DNA of 64,000 nt from Pseudomonadota bacterium (GTDB taxonomy: Bacteria; Myxococcota; JACRCW01; JAFGSX01). Below, piece after piece: positions 9,913 through 19,277 of this stretch (positions within the stretch are counted from its first letter, which is position 1; each line of letters opens with the position of its first letter). Location of the stretch: assembly GCA_043821645.1 (NCBI GenBank), contig JBDRCO010000072.1:97069-161068 (forward strand). The letters run 5' to 3'. The position numbers and the translations under genes were made by a program. Below the pieces are notes generated by a model, which saw only the letters and a program-made list of their open reading frames with translations, was not told the origin of the DNA and ran no database searches.

Positions 9913-10727
9913 CCCGGCACACTGTGCGTCGTCGGTTTCCAGCACCGCTGACCTTTGCTGTCGCGCTTGGTGTGCTCACCACGTCGGGGTGTCCGCACCC
10001 TGCCTCTCCCATCCCGCGCCTGGCCGGCGTCGAGCCGGCGGATCTGCTCGCGCGTCTGCAGGTCGCGTGGGATAAACCTCGCCAGGCGGTGGGCCTGGTC
10101 CTGCTGGAGTATCTGGCGAGCGACGGCTTTTTTCGCGGCGAGGCTGACGTGGCTGTGCAACGGCCGCGGAACCTGCGCATCGAGCTGCGGTCCTTCTTCG
10201 GGCAGCCGGCCGGGGCGCTGGTTTGTGATGGGCGACGTTACACCTTCGTGGACAACACCAGGGCGATCAGCCAGTCCGGCCCGCTGGACGACCCGGCCCT
10301 GCGTGCCCTGCTCCCCCTAGGGCTCGACGCCACGACGACGGTCTCGCTGCTCCTCGGAGGGCTCCCCGCCCTCGGACCCGGCTCCACCTCCTACATCAAA
10401 CCGCAACGACCTCCACACCTGGCGCTGCGGCACGACGACGAGGCAGGGCGCTGGCTGCTCGAGCTCGACGACAGGGCCGAGCGTCTGCTCCAGGTCGAGC
10501 ACCAGGACAGCCGGGGCGATCTGCGCTTCCGGGCGCGCTTTGACGGCGCCGACTCCAGAGGCACCGTACGCTTCTCGCGCAAGGGTGAGGTCGAGGTGCG
10601 CGGGCGTGCAGGTGCCGTGAGCTGGGCTTGGAAGGACGTCGAGCTGGACGGTGAGGCCTTGCCGGCCGAGGCCTGGCAACTCAATCTACCAGGCAGCAGT
10701 TCCGACGACGACCAGAGCGAGGATTGA
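9909..10727 (+). CDS. LolB-like/DUF4292-like lipoprotein
   Basis: Lipobox TTSGC, QRPRNLRIELRSFFGQP motif, beta-rich; GTGA-coupled to the TPR gene. Confidence 0.6.
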   Translation: MTRHTVRRRFPAPLTFAVALGVLTTSGCPHPASPIPRLAGVEPADLLARLQVAWDKPRQAVGLVLLEYLASDGFFRGEADVAVQRPRNLRIELRSFFGQPAGALVCDGRRYTFVDNTRAISQSGPLDDPALRALLPLGLDATTTVSLLLGGLPALGPGSTSYIKPQRPPHLALRHDDEAGRWLLELDDRAERLLQVEHQDSRGDLRFRARFDGADSRGTVRFSRKGEVEVRGRAGAVSWAWKDVELDGEALPAEAWQLNLPGSSSDDDQSED

Positions 10728-10831
10728 AGCCGTCGTCTTGCGACGAATTTTGCCCAGGTGCTAGCATGCGGTAGTCTGGTGTTCACACCTCGAGGTGCCG
10801 TGCGGGGACGGCACCAGGTATAGGTTTGTCG

Positions 10832-11605
10832 ATGGATCGACGCATCCGGTTGGGCGAATTACTGCTGCGTGCGGGGCTGATCACCGAGATGCAGCTCAAG
10901 GCCGCCCTCGCGGAGCAGAAGAAGTGGGGAGGACGGCTGGGCACTATCCTCGTCAACATGAATTTCATCTCAGAGGATATCCTGGTCAAGGGCCTGGCAC
11001 GCTTGCTCGAAGTGCCCCGGGCGGACTTCGAGAACATGAACGTGCCCGACGTGGTCCTGCAGCGCTTCGACCCCACCGACTGCCAGACCCGTGGCTACCT
11101 CCCGGTGCAGTACAGCCACGCAGAGAAGAAGCTCACCGTGGCATTCGTCGACGTCAACGATCTCGCCCTCGTCGACGAGCTGCGGTTCAAGCACGGCCTC
11201 AACATTCAGCCCGCCATCACCGGCGAGCACGCCCTGCAGGCCTCGTTGCGCAGTCTTTTTTACAGCGAGGCGCTGGACGCGAGTGTCACCGGCCAGGAGC
11301 CTGGGCTCAAGCTCATCGACAGTCGCGGCGGGACCCTGGTCAAGAACCGCGCGGAGATCTTTGGCAACGAGCCTCCGCCGGCGCCGGTGGCCACCACGGG
11401 GGTTGAGCGTGCACCCGCCGGTGTGGCCGCGGCCCTGCCGCCCCCCCCGGTGGGCGGGATCCCCGCAGGACTGCTCAACGAGCTCGAGATCGCGCAGCGG
11501 CGCCAGTCCAGAGCCATCAAGACCGTCCTGGAGCTCCTGATCGAGAAGGGAGTGATCTCTCGCGAGGAGTTCGTCGCCAGCGTCAACAAGCGCAGCGACA
11601 GTTAG
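10832..11605 (+). CDS. MshEN (GspE/PilB N-terminal) domain protein without ATPase domain
   Basis: RLGELLLRAGLITEMQLKAALAEQ...RLGTILVNMNFISED tandem MshEN motif; no Walker A. Confidence 0.85.
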   Translation: MDRRIRLGELLLRAGLITEMQLKAALAEQKKWGGRLGTILVNMNFISEDILVKGLARLLEVPRADFENMNVPDVVLQRFDPTDCQTRGYLPVQYSHAEKKLTVAFVDVNDLALVDELRFKHGLNIQPAITGEHALQASLRSLFYSEALDASVTGQEPGLKLIDSRGGTLVKNRAEIFGNEPPPAPVATTGVERAPAGVAAALPPPPVGGIPAGLLNELEIAQRRQSRAIKTVLELLIEKGVISREEFVASVNKRSDS

Positions 11606-11660
11606 GAGACTCAAACGGGCCGCTCGTCGATGACACGGCGGTGCGCACCCGGAGCGACTC

Positions 11661-14600
11661 ATGGCGCAGCGGAAACGTCTCGGCGACTACCTCATCGAGG
11701 CTGGCATCATCGACCAGTTCCAGCTGCAGTCTGCGCTGGGGCATCAGAGGCAGTGGGGTGGCAAGCTCGGCCGGATCCTGGTCGAGAATCGCTTCGTCAA
11801 GGAAGACGTGATGGTGCGCGCGCTGTCCGAGCTGCTCCGCATCGATGCCGTCGAACTCTCCTTGATGACCATCCACGCCCGGGTCATCGAGCTGGTGCCC
11901 GTGGACATGGCCGAGCGCTTCGGGCTGATCCCGGTGGCACTCAAGCGCGAGAAAGCAGGCGAGTTCGTCTACATCGCCATGAGCGATCCCACCAATCTCG
12001 AGGCCGTCGACGCCATCCAGTTCAAGACCGGCAAGAAGGTCAGGTCGATGATCGCGGGGGACAGCGCGATCGATCGCGCCATCCGCCACTACTATTACGG
12101 AGAGACCCCCCGCGAGACAGCCAGCACACCGGCCGGACAGGTCCAGTTCTCGGGCCGCGAGATCGCGCTGTCGCCTACCCATACGCCGCCTACCCAGGCA
12201 GCGGTGCAGGCCCCTGCGGCGGCGGGCCACCCGGCGCTCGTGGTCCCTCCTCCGGCGACCTCGCAAGGTGCCATGCCGACGCCCCCTGTTCATCCTTTCG
12301 CGGGGCAGCCCCAGCCAGCGCTCGCTCTCCCGGACGACGACGACGACATTCCTCTGATCACGGGCACTCCGGCGGGACCAGCGACGGCAGATGACTGGTT
12401 CTTGCCTGGTGCACCCGCTCCGGCACAGGCACTCGCAACGGCTGTTTCAGCCCCACCTGTACCTGCGACGCCCGCAGTTCCCCCAGCGCTTCCCGTCGGG
12501 CCGGCCCCGCAGCAGCAGGCACCGGTGATCCTGGATGCGCGAGAATTGACGGCCGTGAATCCGCCCGAGGCGCCATTGCCGAACGCAGCGAGCGTGCTCT
12601 CTCCTTCTCAGGTGCCTCCCCCGACGCCAGTGTCGGCCTCCTCGAGTCTTTTTGGCCCGGCCGGGGGCCTCCTGGGGGGTGAGGATGCTGGACCGGGTTT
12701 GTCGGCGCCGCGGCAGGATGTGGCATTCGGAACGCTGGAACTCCCGACACCGGGTGCTGGGACGGCTGCGACGAGACCGCCGGCGGCGAGGACTCCGCCT
12801 GTGCAACCCGCAACCGCAGGTCCGGCCCCTGCAGGTCTGGGGCACGTCGAACCGCCGGACGCTGCCGGCACTCCAGCGGTCCTGGACAGCAATCTTCTGC
12901 AACCCATCAAGGAACCTGCAGTCGCCAACGCTGTGCTGGGTGAGATGGAGTTTGCTGCCCCTGAAAGCCCGCCGAGCGCATCCACCGCACCGGGGCTGGA
13001 GCCTGGTGTGATCCCGGATCGATTCCCGGCGTCAGCGCCACTTCCGGAGCATCTTCTCGCCGCCTCGGGAATGGCATCCTTCGATCTGGGGCCCGGTGAC
13101 GACGATCCGCTCGAATTGGACCTCCCGGGCACACCTGTCGCCACGCCGGGGCCTGCCACCTCCACCTTGACGGTGGCTCCGAACTATGAGGTTGACCTCG
13201 GACCCGAGTCCGCTGCGATTCCCCTCGACGAGGCGACATCTCCGGCCCCGCACTCCAGATCCCCTGTGTCCGACGACGGCAGTGCTGCGGCCATGCCCGG
13301 GGCGGTCCTCGCCGCGTCGGGACTGGCAGACTTCGAACTCGACGAGGATGGCAGCAGCATCGAGCTCGACTTCGACACCCCGACCCCAGACGACGCGCAG
13401 TCCGCGACCCCCGCGGATCCTCTGGCGAGCATGCTTCCTGTACAGCACGCGAGCGATGAGCCCCTCGAGAGCCGCACCGAGCCCGAGAGCCCTGGGGTTG
13501 ACGACAGCCTGAGTTTCGTCCCCCTCGCTCCTCCCCAGCGTGTCTCCGCCGCGGCCGCCCAAGCTGCGACCATCACCCCGAGTATACCGGTGCAGGAGAA
13601 CTCCTCGGCCGCCGAGACAGAGGCAGCGGTCACGGCGGACCCTGTCGACGTGCCGCCCCCGAGCGGCAGGGACCCGTCCGGGTTGGAGCTGGTCCCTCCG
13701 GTGTCCACGGCCTTCTCCTTCGAAGACCTGGATCGGCCCCCCGCCGACGCGGTTCCCCTCGGCACCGGCCCCGACCTCGAGGTGGTTCAAGCCGAGGAGA
13801 TTAAGCGGCTGGACGCTCCGAGCCACAGTCCTCAGCTGGAGACGATCCCAGCCCAGGCTGACGATTCACCGGACGCCTCTCTGCGGGAGAAGACAGAGAC
13901 CCCAGCGGCGGTCGAAGATCCGCCCCTGCCAGACCTCCCGATGGAGGTCTTCAGCGATGTCGTCGACGTGGACGCACCGCCAGTGCTGGTCACCCCTGCA
14001 CGTCTGGCGGATCCCGCGGTCGAGACCCCAGCCCCGCCGCTGCCAGAGCGCACAACCGCTCCGGAGGTGGAAGGAGCACAGGCACCTCGACGCCCGCTGC
14101 CGCCAGACCCTGTGGCGGAGGCCTCGCTGGTCGCACTCGAGGACGGAGCCAGCGACGATCTCAGCGACCTCGACTTCTCGCTCGACATCGAGGACCCACC
14201 TCCACCCCTGGCTGCGCGTGTGCCGAAAGAGCTGCAGGCCACCGAGGAACCCGCGGTACACGAAGGGGCCGCGTCCTCCGAGCAAGCACCTCCACTCGAA
14301 CTCAGCCCCACCACCCCGGCACTCATGACCGGGGGCAGCCCGGATATCGAACCGGGACAGGGCGTGAGCGACGATCTTTTGATCCCCGAAGTGCCTGCGC
14401 AGGACCTGGCCGAGGACACCGAGGACAGCACCGTCACCGATGGTGACGAACACGCGACGATGCACGATCCCGCGTCTGATACCCAGGCACCCCAGGAGCA
14501 AAGCCCGATGTCCGGCCTGGAGCGCACGATCGAAGACGCAGCGCCACAGGACACGGAACCAGCCAGCCCAGGCGTCTCCGCTCCACCCAGCGCACTCACT

Positions 14601-15899
14601 CCCGTCGACACCCAGACCATGGATCTGGCCCAGGGGGCCTTTGACCCGTCGAACTGGAGTCTGGATGCCTTCCCCGAATCGCTCCCAGCAGCATCGGTGG
14701 CAGCCCCTGCACCGATCGAGGACAAATTCGCCGAGCCTGCCGGCGCGATGCCGGGCCCGGAGGATCAGGACTTCGAATCCATCGTCGACTTCTCGGAGTC
14801 AGACTTTCCGAGCGAGGCCCAGAGTCAGGACGCCGTGCTGGGAGAGGAGGATGAGGACGTCGATTCCATCATCGATTTCAAGGAATCGGACTCCCCGCGC
14901 GAGGTCCAGGGTCCGGAGACCGCGCCGGGACCGGAAGCGGACGAGTTCGTGTCCATCCTTGACTTCTCGGAGTCGGACTCCCCGCGCGAGGCCCAGAGTC
15001 CGGAGCCCAGTGCTCCCGTCGCTGACGCTCCAGCCTCCGATGGTCCGATGCCGGCGACGATCGGCCGCGTGGAAGGTGAACCGAACGCGGCTTCCGTCTC
15101 CGATGATGAAGAAGCCTCGGACCTGGACCTGGGCGAGGATCTGCCAAACTCCGAGCCCATCTCGCTGCTACCTCCACCACCCAACTTCTCCTCGGCCTCC
15201 GCCCTGCTCTCCGCACTGGACCAGGGAGAGGATCTCCCCGACCTCGAGCAGCCAGACGCCTGGATAGATGCACCGGCGGCACCGATCGCGCGGGACCCGT
15301 CCGAGGCCTCCCTGGCCCGGTTCCACGACGACGCCGACCCGAGCGATGCGCTCGACCTCCCATTTGACGCGGAGCAGGCACCCTCGCCCGCTCCCAGTGC
15401 CACGACAGTCCTGGATGAGCCGCCATCCTCCAGCCACCCGATCGAGGATCTGAGCTCGGCCCTCGACGTGGCTTTCCCGGACCTCACCCTCGATCCCCCG
15501 ACGGAAGACAGCGTGCCACCGTCTCTCCCGGCAGCTGGGAGTCGGCTGCCAGAGGTCGCCCTGGACGCGCTCGGGGATGACATCGACGCGGTCGCGACGG
15601 AATTTCAGCTCGACCCACCGGCGAGCGAGCCCGCGATGACCCTGTCTGGATCTGACGTCGCGGTGCTACCCGAACTCCAGCTCGAGGGCCCGGAGCTGGC
15701 AGACGAATCCTTGACGGCCTCAGCGTCAGGGCCAGCCACCGAGAAGACGACGACACATCCGGTCCTGGCACCCGATGTGGAGGCTCTGCTCGACAATATC
15801 GATGCCGCCAAGATGCCCGCGGTCCTCAAGCTGCTGCTGGAAAAGGGTCTGCTCTCCCTCGAGGACATCGAGGCGACCCTGGGCAAGAAGAAGGACTGA
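11661..15899 (+). CDS. Giant MshEN-domain protein with long acidic Pro/Ala/Asp/Glu-rich linker
   Basis: RLGDYLIEAGIIDQFQLQSALGHQ...KLGRILVE, AMSDPTNLEAVDAI; about 1,200 aa of low-complexity sequence; short conserved C-terminal helix. Confidence 0.82.
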   Translation: MAQRKRLGDYLIEAGIIDQFQLQSALGHQRQWGGKLGRILVENRFVKEDVMVRALSELLRIDAVELSLMTIHARVIELVPVDMAERFGLIPVALKREKAGEFVYIAMSDPTNLEAVDAIQFKTGKKVRSMIAGDSAIDRAIRHYYYGETPRETASTPAGQVQFSGREIALSPTHTPPTQAAVQAPAAAGHPALVVPPPATSQGAMPTPPVHPFAGQPQPALALPDDDDDIPLITGTPAGPATADDWFLPGAPAPAQALATAVSAPPVPATPAVPPALPVGPAPQQQAPVILDARELTAVNPPEAPLPNAASVLSPSQVPPPTPVSASSSLFGPAGGLLGGEDAGPGLSAPRQDVAFGTLELPTPGAGTAATRPPAARTPPVQPATAGPAPAGLGHVEPPDAAGTPAVLDSNLLQPIKEPAVANAVLGEMEFAAPESPPSASTAPGLEPGVIPDRFPASAPLPEHLLAASGMASFDLGPGDDDPLELDLPGTPVATPGPATSTLTVAPNYEVDLGPESAAIPLDEATSPAPHSRSPVSDDGSAAAMPGAVLAASGLADFELDEDGSSIELDFDTPTPDDAQSATPADPLASMLPVQHASDEPLESRTEPESPGVDDSLSFVPLAPPQRVSAAAAQAATITPSIPVQENSSAAETEAAVTADPVDVPPPSGRDPSGLELVPPVSTAFSFEDLDRPPADAVPLGTGPDLEVVQAEEIKRLDAPSHSPQLETIPAQADDSPDASLREKTETPAAVEDPPLPDLPMEVFSDVVDVDAPPVLVTPARLADPAVETPAPPLPERTTAPEVEGAQAPRRPLPPDPVAEASLVALEDGASDDLSDLDFSLDIEDPPPPLAARVPKELQATEEPAVHEGAASSEQAPPLELSPTTPALMTGGSPDIEPGQGVSDDLLIPEVPAQDLAEDTEDSTVTDGDEHATMHDPASDTQAPQEQSPMSGLERTIEDAAPQDTEPASPGVSAPPSALTPVDTQTMDLAQGAFDPSNWSLDAFPESLPAASVAAPAPIEDKFAEPAGAMPGPEDQDFESIVDFSESDFPSEAQSQDAVLGEEDEDVDSIIDFKESDSPREVQGPETAPGPEADEFVSILDFSESDSPREAQSPEPSAPVADAPASDGPMPATIGRVEGEPNAASVSDDEEASDLDLGEDLPNSEPISLLPPPPNFSSASALLSALDQGEDLPDLEQPDAWIDAPAAPIARDPSEASLARFHDDADPSDALDLPFDAEQAPSPAPSATTVLDEPPSSSHPIEDLSSALDVAFPDLTLDPPTEDSVPPSLPAAGSRLPEVALDALGDDIDAVATEFQLDPPASEPAMTLSGSDVAVLPELQLEGPELADESLTASASGPATEKTTTHPVLAPDVEALLDNIDAAKMPAVLKLLLEKGLLSLEDIEATLGKKKD
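14751..15010 (+). repeat. Three imperfect 87-nt (29-aa) coding tandem repeats
   Basis: SIVDFSESDFPSEAQ / SIIDFKESDSPREVQ / SILDFSESDSPREAQ; the Asp codons fall at 14787, 14874 and 14961. Confidence 0.85.
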
Positions 15900-15933
15900 T
15901 CCCCCACGCGGCACCATCGTCGGGACGCTCGGC

Positions 15934-16302
15934 TCAGTCTTCTCCGCGCGCTGCCACGATGGTGTCAATGAGCTGTCGGCTCTCGTCGTCGAGGCTGAGG
16001 AACTCGATACCCATGCCTGGCACCTGATCGGCACTCGCCTGGGCGCTGGCCCACACGACGCGACCGATGCCCTCGATGAGAGGCATCCCATCTGCCAGGG
16101 CAAAGCGCAGGTAGATGGTCGAGCCGATCGCATGCGGCGAATCGGTGCGCAGGAACAGTCCCCCGGCCGACAGGTCGGTCGCGATCTCTTCCATGAAGGC
16201 TTCGAGGGTCTCGAAGCGGTGCTGAACCAGGAGGTTGAGCGGGACGCGACGGTGGCGACGCCGGTCCTTCGGATCAGACGATGCCCCATGCGGCTTTGCC
16301 AT
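15934..16302 (-). CDS. PilZ-domain protein (TIGR02266-like)
   Basis: RRRHRR (RxxxR) and DLSAGG (DxSxxG) motifs, GRVVW, GMGIEF; GGAGG before ATG 16302. Confidence 0.9.
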   Translation of the reverse strand: MAKPHGASSDPKDRRRHRRVPLNLLVQHRFETLEAFMEEIATDLSAGGLFLRTDSPHAIGSTIYLRFALADGMPLIEGIGRVVWASAQASADQVPGMGIEFLSLDDESRQLIDTIVAARGED

Positions 16303-16393
16303 CCCTGACCTCCCTGTGCCTGGCGTGCTGCATGAGTCTAGCGCGAATTCAGTTCGGGTAAAAAAGAAGACGCTCGCGCGCCAGGTGCCGGGC

Positions 16394-17458
16394 TCAGGGC
16401 TGCAGGGCCGCACGCTGGGCTGCCACCTCCGGGTCATCGGGAAGCCGGGCATCGAGCTCAAGCAGCCGGTAGCGGTAGCGGGTCTTGCCACGCTGTCTCT
16501 CGAGCCAGGCGGCAGTCTCCGCCTGCTCTGCGCGCGCCTGTGCATCCTCGGGCCTGCGCACGAGTCTCTGCACCGCCAGCTCCCGGCGCTCCCGCGCGTC
16601 CTCGGTGACGGCCCCGCCACGCCAGGTGGCGTCACCCCGAACAGCCCACACCTCGAACTGGACGAGGTAGTGACCTTGCTGGCCGGCGGCCACCACGGGC
16701 ACGCTGCTGCCGTCCCTCTCCGGGTGCTGGCCAGGCCGGGCCTCCTCGCGAGGCAGAAAAGAAACCAGCCCACGCTGGGCGACCAGCACCACCGACACCT
16801 GTGGCAACCCCTGCGCCAGCCTGGCCGCGGCGTCGGAGGACATGCGTGCCACCAGCACCACATGATCACCGGGCCGGGCCACCTTCGCCAGCACCCCGCG
16901 CAGCGCAGGCAGGGCGGGTGTCGGGTCCAGGCCCGTCGCGGGTGGCCAGTTGGCCGGATCCAGCGCACTGACGACGACGATACGCTGCCCACCGAGCTGC
17001 CGCACCACGTGGCTCTGGTAGGCCGGTCGGCGATCCGCGACCCGCACCAGGTTGCTGGCCACCACGGGGAGCTTGTACGCGCGCACCAGCTCGTCGAAGC
17101 GCGCAAGCCCCAGGCCGAGGTCACCCGGCCCGGGTACCAGCGCATCCAGCTCAGCCCTGTGGAGAGCACTTGCGATCACACGTGCCCGCGCCAGCGCAAG
17201 GACGCCATTGTCCCCTGGCGACGCCGCCTCGTCGAAGAAGCTGTTACCACCCTCGATGTGGAGCACGGGTCCGCGCTCCCGCAGTGCCCGGATCGTTCCC
17301 ACCTGCCTGGCCAGACCGCCAAGCGGACCACTGGGTCAGCCACAGGGGTCGAGGGCCCCCTCCCGGTCGTGGGCATAAAGCACCGTGAAGCTCACGGGCT
17401 CGTCGTCGAGGTTGGCGGCGCAGAGCAGGACAGACGCCACCACGGCCAGGGCGTGCAT
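16394..17458 (-). CDS. Putative UshA-like (5'-nucleotidase fold) selenoprotein, CxU motif, Sec at codon 41
   Basis: ORFs 17336..17599 and 16394..17302 share one frame: ...GALDPCG-TGA-PSGPLGGLARQVGTI.... Signal peptide at the N-terminus and a SECIS-like hairpin after the TGA (17336-17338). Confidence 0.85.
17298..17335 (-). promoter_or_regulatory. Bacterial SECIS-like element
   Basis: UGA + 11 nt + stem GCUUGGC/GCCAGGC closing loop GGUCUG; basal CCCA/UGGG pairing. Confidence 0.78.
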
Positions 17459-17465
17459 GCTTCGC

Positions 17466-18767
17466 TCAGCCCGTGATCTCGGCGTTGCCTGGGCGGATGG
17501 CCTGCGGCCCGAAGGGGCAGCGTTGGAGCCGGATGTGCTCCTCGAACTCGTGCCGGAACTTCTTGACGAAGGCTCGGGCCGGGATCGCGGCCGCGTCACC
17601 CAGCGGGCAGATGGTGTTGCCGAGGATGTTGGCGGCGACCTCGTCGAACAGCGTGATGTCCTCGCTGCTTCCGTGGCCCTGCTCGACCCGGGTCGCCATC
17701 TTGGCGATCCAGTGCGTGCCCTCGCGGCAGGGCGTGCACTGCCCGCAGGACTCGTGGGCGTAGAAGCGCATCAGCCGGGCGGTCAGGCGCACCGTGCAGG
17801 TACTCTCGTCGAGGACCGCGGCACAGCCTGTGCCCAGCATGGTGCCCGCCTTCGACATGGCATCAAAAGTGAGAGGCACATCGATCTCGTCTGGAAGCAG
17901 CACCGGTGTCGACGAACCGCCGGGGATCACACCCTTGAGCGCCTTGCCATCGCGCAGACCCCCGCCATGCTCGAAGATCAGTTCCTTGAGCGAGATGCCC
18001 TGGGGGAGTTCCCACAGACCGGGCCTCGCCACGTGGCCAGAGGCGCCGTACAGCTTGGTGCCCACACCGCCGTTGACGCCCAGGCTCTTCCAGGCGTCGG
18101 CACCACGCTCGAGGATGTGCGGCACCTGGGCCAGGGTCTCGACGTTATTGACGATGGTGGGCTGGCCAAACACGCCGACCACTGCGGGAAACGGAGGCTT
18201 GAGACGCGGCTTGCCCGGTTTCCCTTCGATGGACTCGATGAGCGCGGTCTCCTCGCCACAGACGTAAGCGCCTGCACCACGATGCACGAAGACGTCGAGG
18301 TCGAAACCTTTACCCAGGATGTTCTTGCCCAGATAGTGCGCGTCCACGGCCTCGGCGATGGCCTGCTCCAGGCGTCGGGCGATGGCGTGAAACTCGCCGC
18401 GAATATAGATGTAGGCCGTATGGGCGCCGATGGCATGGCAGGCGATCGCGATGCCCTCGAGCATCATGTGGGGATCGCGGTCCATGATGTAACGATCTTT
18501 GTATGTGCCCGGCTCACCCTCGTCAGCGTTGATGCACAGGTAGCGGGGACCGGGCTTGTCCTTGGGCACGAAGCTCCACTTCATGCCCGTCGAGAAGCCG
18601 GCGCCGCCCATGCCGCGCAGTCCTGACTTCTTGACCTCCTCGATGAGGTCGCCCGGAGCCATGGCCAGGGCCTTTGCCAGCGACGTGTAGCCGCCACCCT
18701 GCAGGTAGGTCTTGAGCGTGTGGCTCTCGGGCTTGCCCCAGTTGCGCGACAGCAGTCGCTCGCCCAT
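17466..18767 (-). CDS. nuoF: NADH-quinone oxidoreductase subunit F
   Basis: GLRGMGGAGF, NADEGEPGT, GAGAYVCGEETAL, ESCGQCTPCREG, TICPLGD. ATG 18767 follows GAGG. Confidence 0.96.
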   Translation of the reverse strand: MGERLLSRNWGKPESHTLKTYLQGGGYTSLAKALAMAPGDLIEEVKKSGLRGMGGAGFSTGMKWSFVPKDKPGPRYLCINADEGEPGTYKDRYIMDRDPHMMLEGIAIACHAIGAHTAYIYIRGEFHAIARRLEQAIAEAVDAHYLGKNILGKGFDLDVFVHRGAGAYVCGEETALIESIEGKPGKPRLKPPFPAVVGVFGQPTIVNNVETLAQVPHILERGADAWKSLGVNGGVGTKLYGASGHVARPGLWELPQGISLKELIFEHGGGLRDGKALKGVIPGGSSTPVLLPDEIDVPLTFDAMSKAGTMLGTGCAAVLDESTCTVRLTARLMRFYAHESCGQCTPCREGTHWIAKMATRVEQGHGSSEDITLFDEVAANILGNTICPLGDAAAIPARAFVKKFRHEFEEHIRLQRCPFGPQAIRPGNAEITG

Positions 18768-18809
18768 TGCGTACCTCGTCATCGCGGCTGTCGGTTCGCC
18801 CGGTCCGCG

Positions 18810-19277
18810 TCAGTCGGCGGCCCGCAGCACCGCCGCCACCTTCTCAGGGGTCATGTTCTCGTGAAAATCGCCGTCCACCTGCAGGGCAGGCGCCGTGCCA
18901 CAGGAGCCCAGGCACTCGACCTCGTGAACGGTGAAACGGCCGTCGGCGGTGGTCTCTCCCGGCTTGACGCCGAGTTCGTGGCACACGCTGTCGAGCAGTT
19001 CCTGACCGCCGGTGAGGTGGCAGGACAGGTTGGTGCAGATCTCGACCAGGTGCTTTCCGACGGGGTGCTTGTGGTACATGGTGTACCAGGTCGCCACCTC
19101 GCGCACCCGGATCTCGTCGAGCTCGAGCAGCGCCGCCACCTCGCGCACGCCCTCGTCGTCGACCAGCTCGCGCTCACGCTGCACCACGTAAAGCGCGGGC
19201 AGGGTGGCTGCCGCCCGATCCGGGTAGCGTGTCTTGAGGGATGCGATCTCCTTCTTGGATGCCTCGCTCAGAGCCAT
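18810..19277 (-). CDS. nuoE: NADH-quinone oxidoreductase subunit E
   Basis: VATWYTMY, CTNLSC and ECLGSCGTAP [2Fe-2S] motifs. Confidence 0.95.
   Translation of the reverse strand: MALSEASKKEIASLKTRYPDRAAATLPALYVVQRERELVDDEGVREVAALLELDEIRVREVATWYTMYHKHPVGKHLVEICTNLSCHLTGGQELLDSVCHELGVKPGETTADGRFTVHEVECLGSCGTAPALQVDGDFHENMTPEKVAAVLRAAD

Noticed and set aside
14751-15010. Possible CRISPR-like repeat array
   Set aside because: Repeats are degenerate, in-frame and coding, without unique spacers or cas genes. The same applies to the FG-GAP repeats at 41900-42980.
17336-17338. TGA as a nonsense mutation (pseudogene)
   Set aside because: Disfavoured because it sits in a CxU position, is followed by a correctly spaced SECIS-like hairpin, and both halves look intact. 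Not excluded until sel genes are found.
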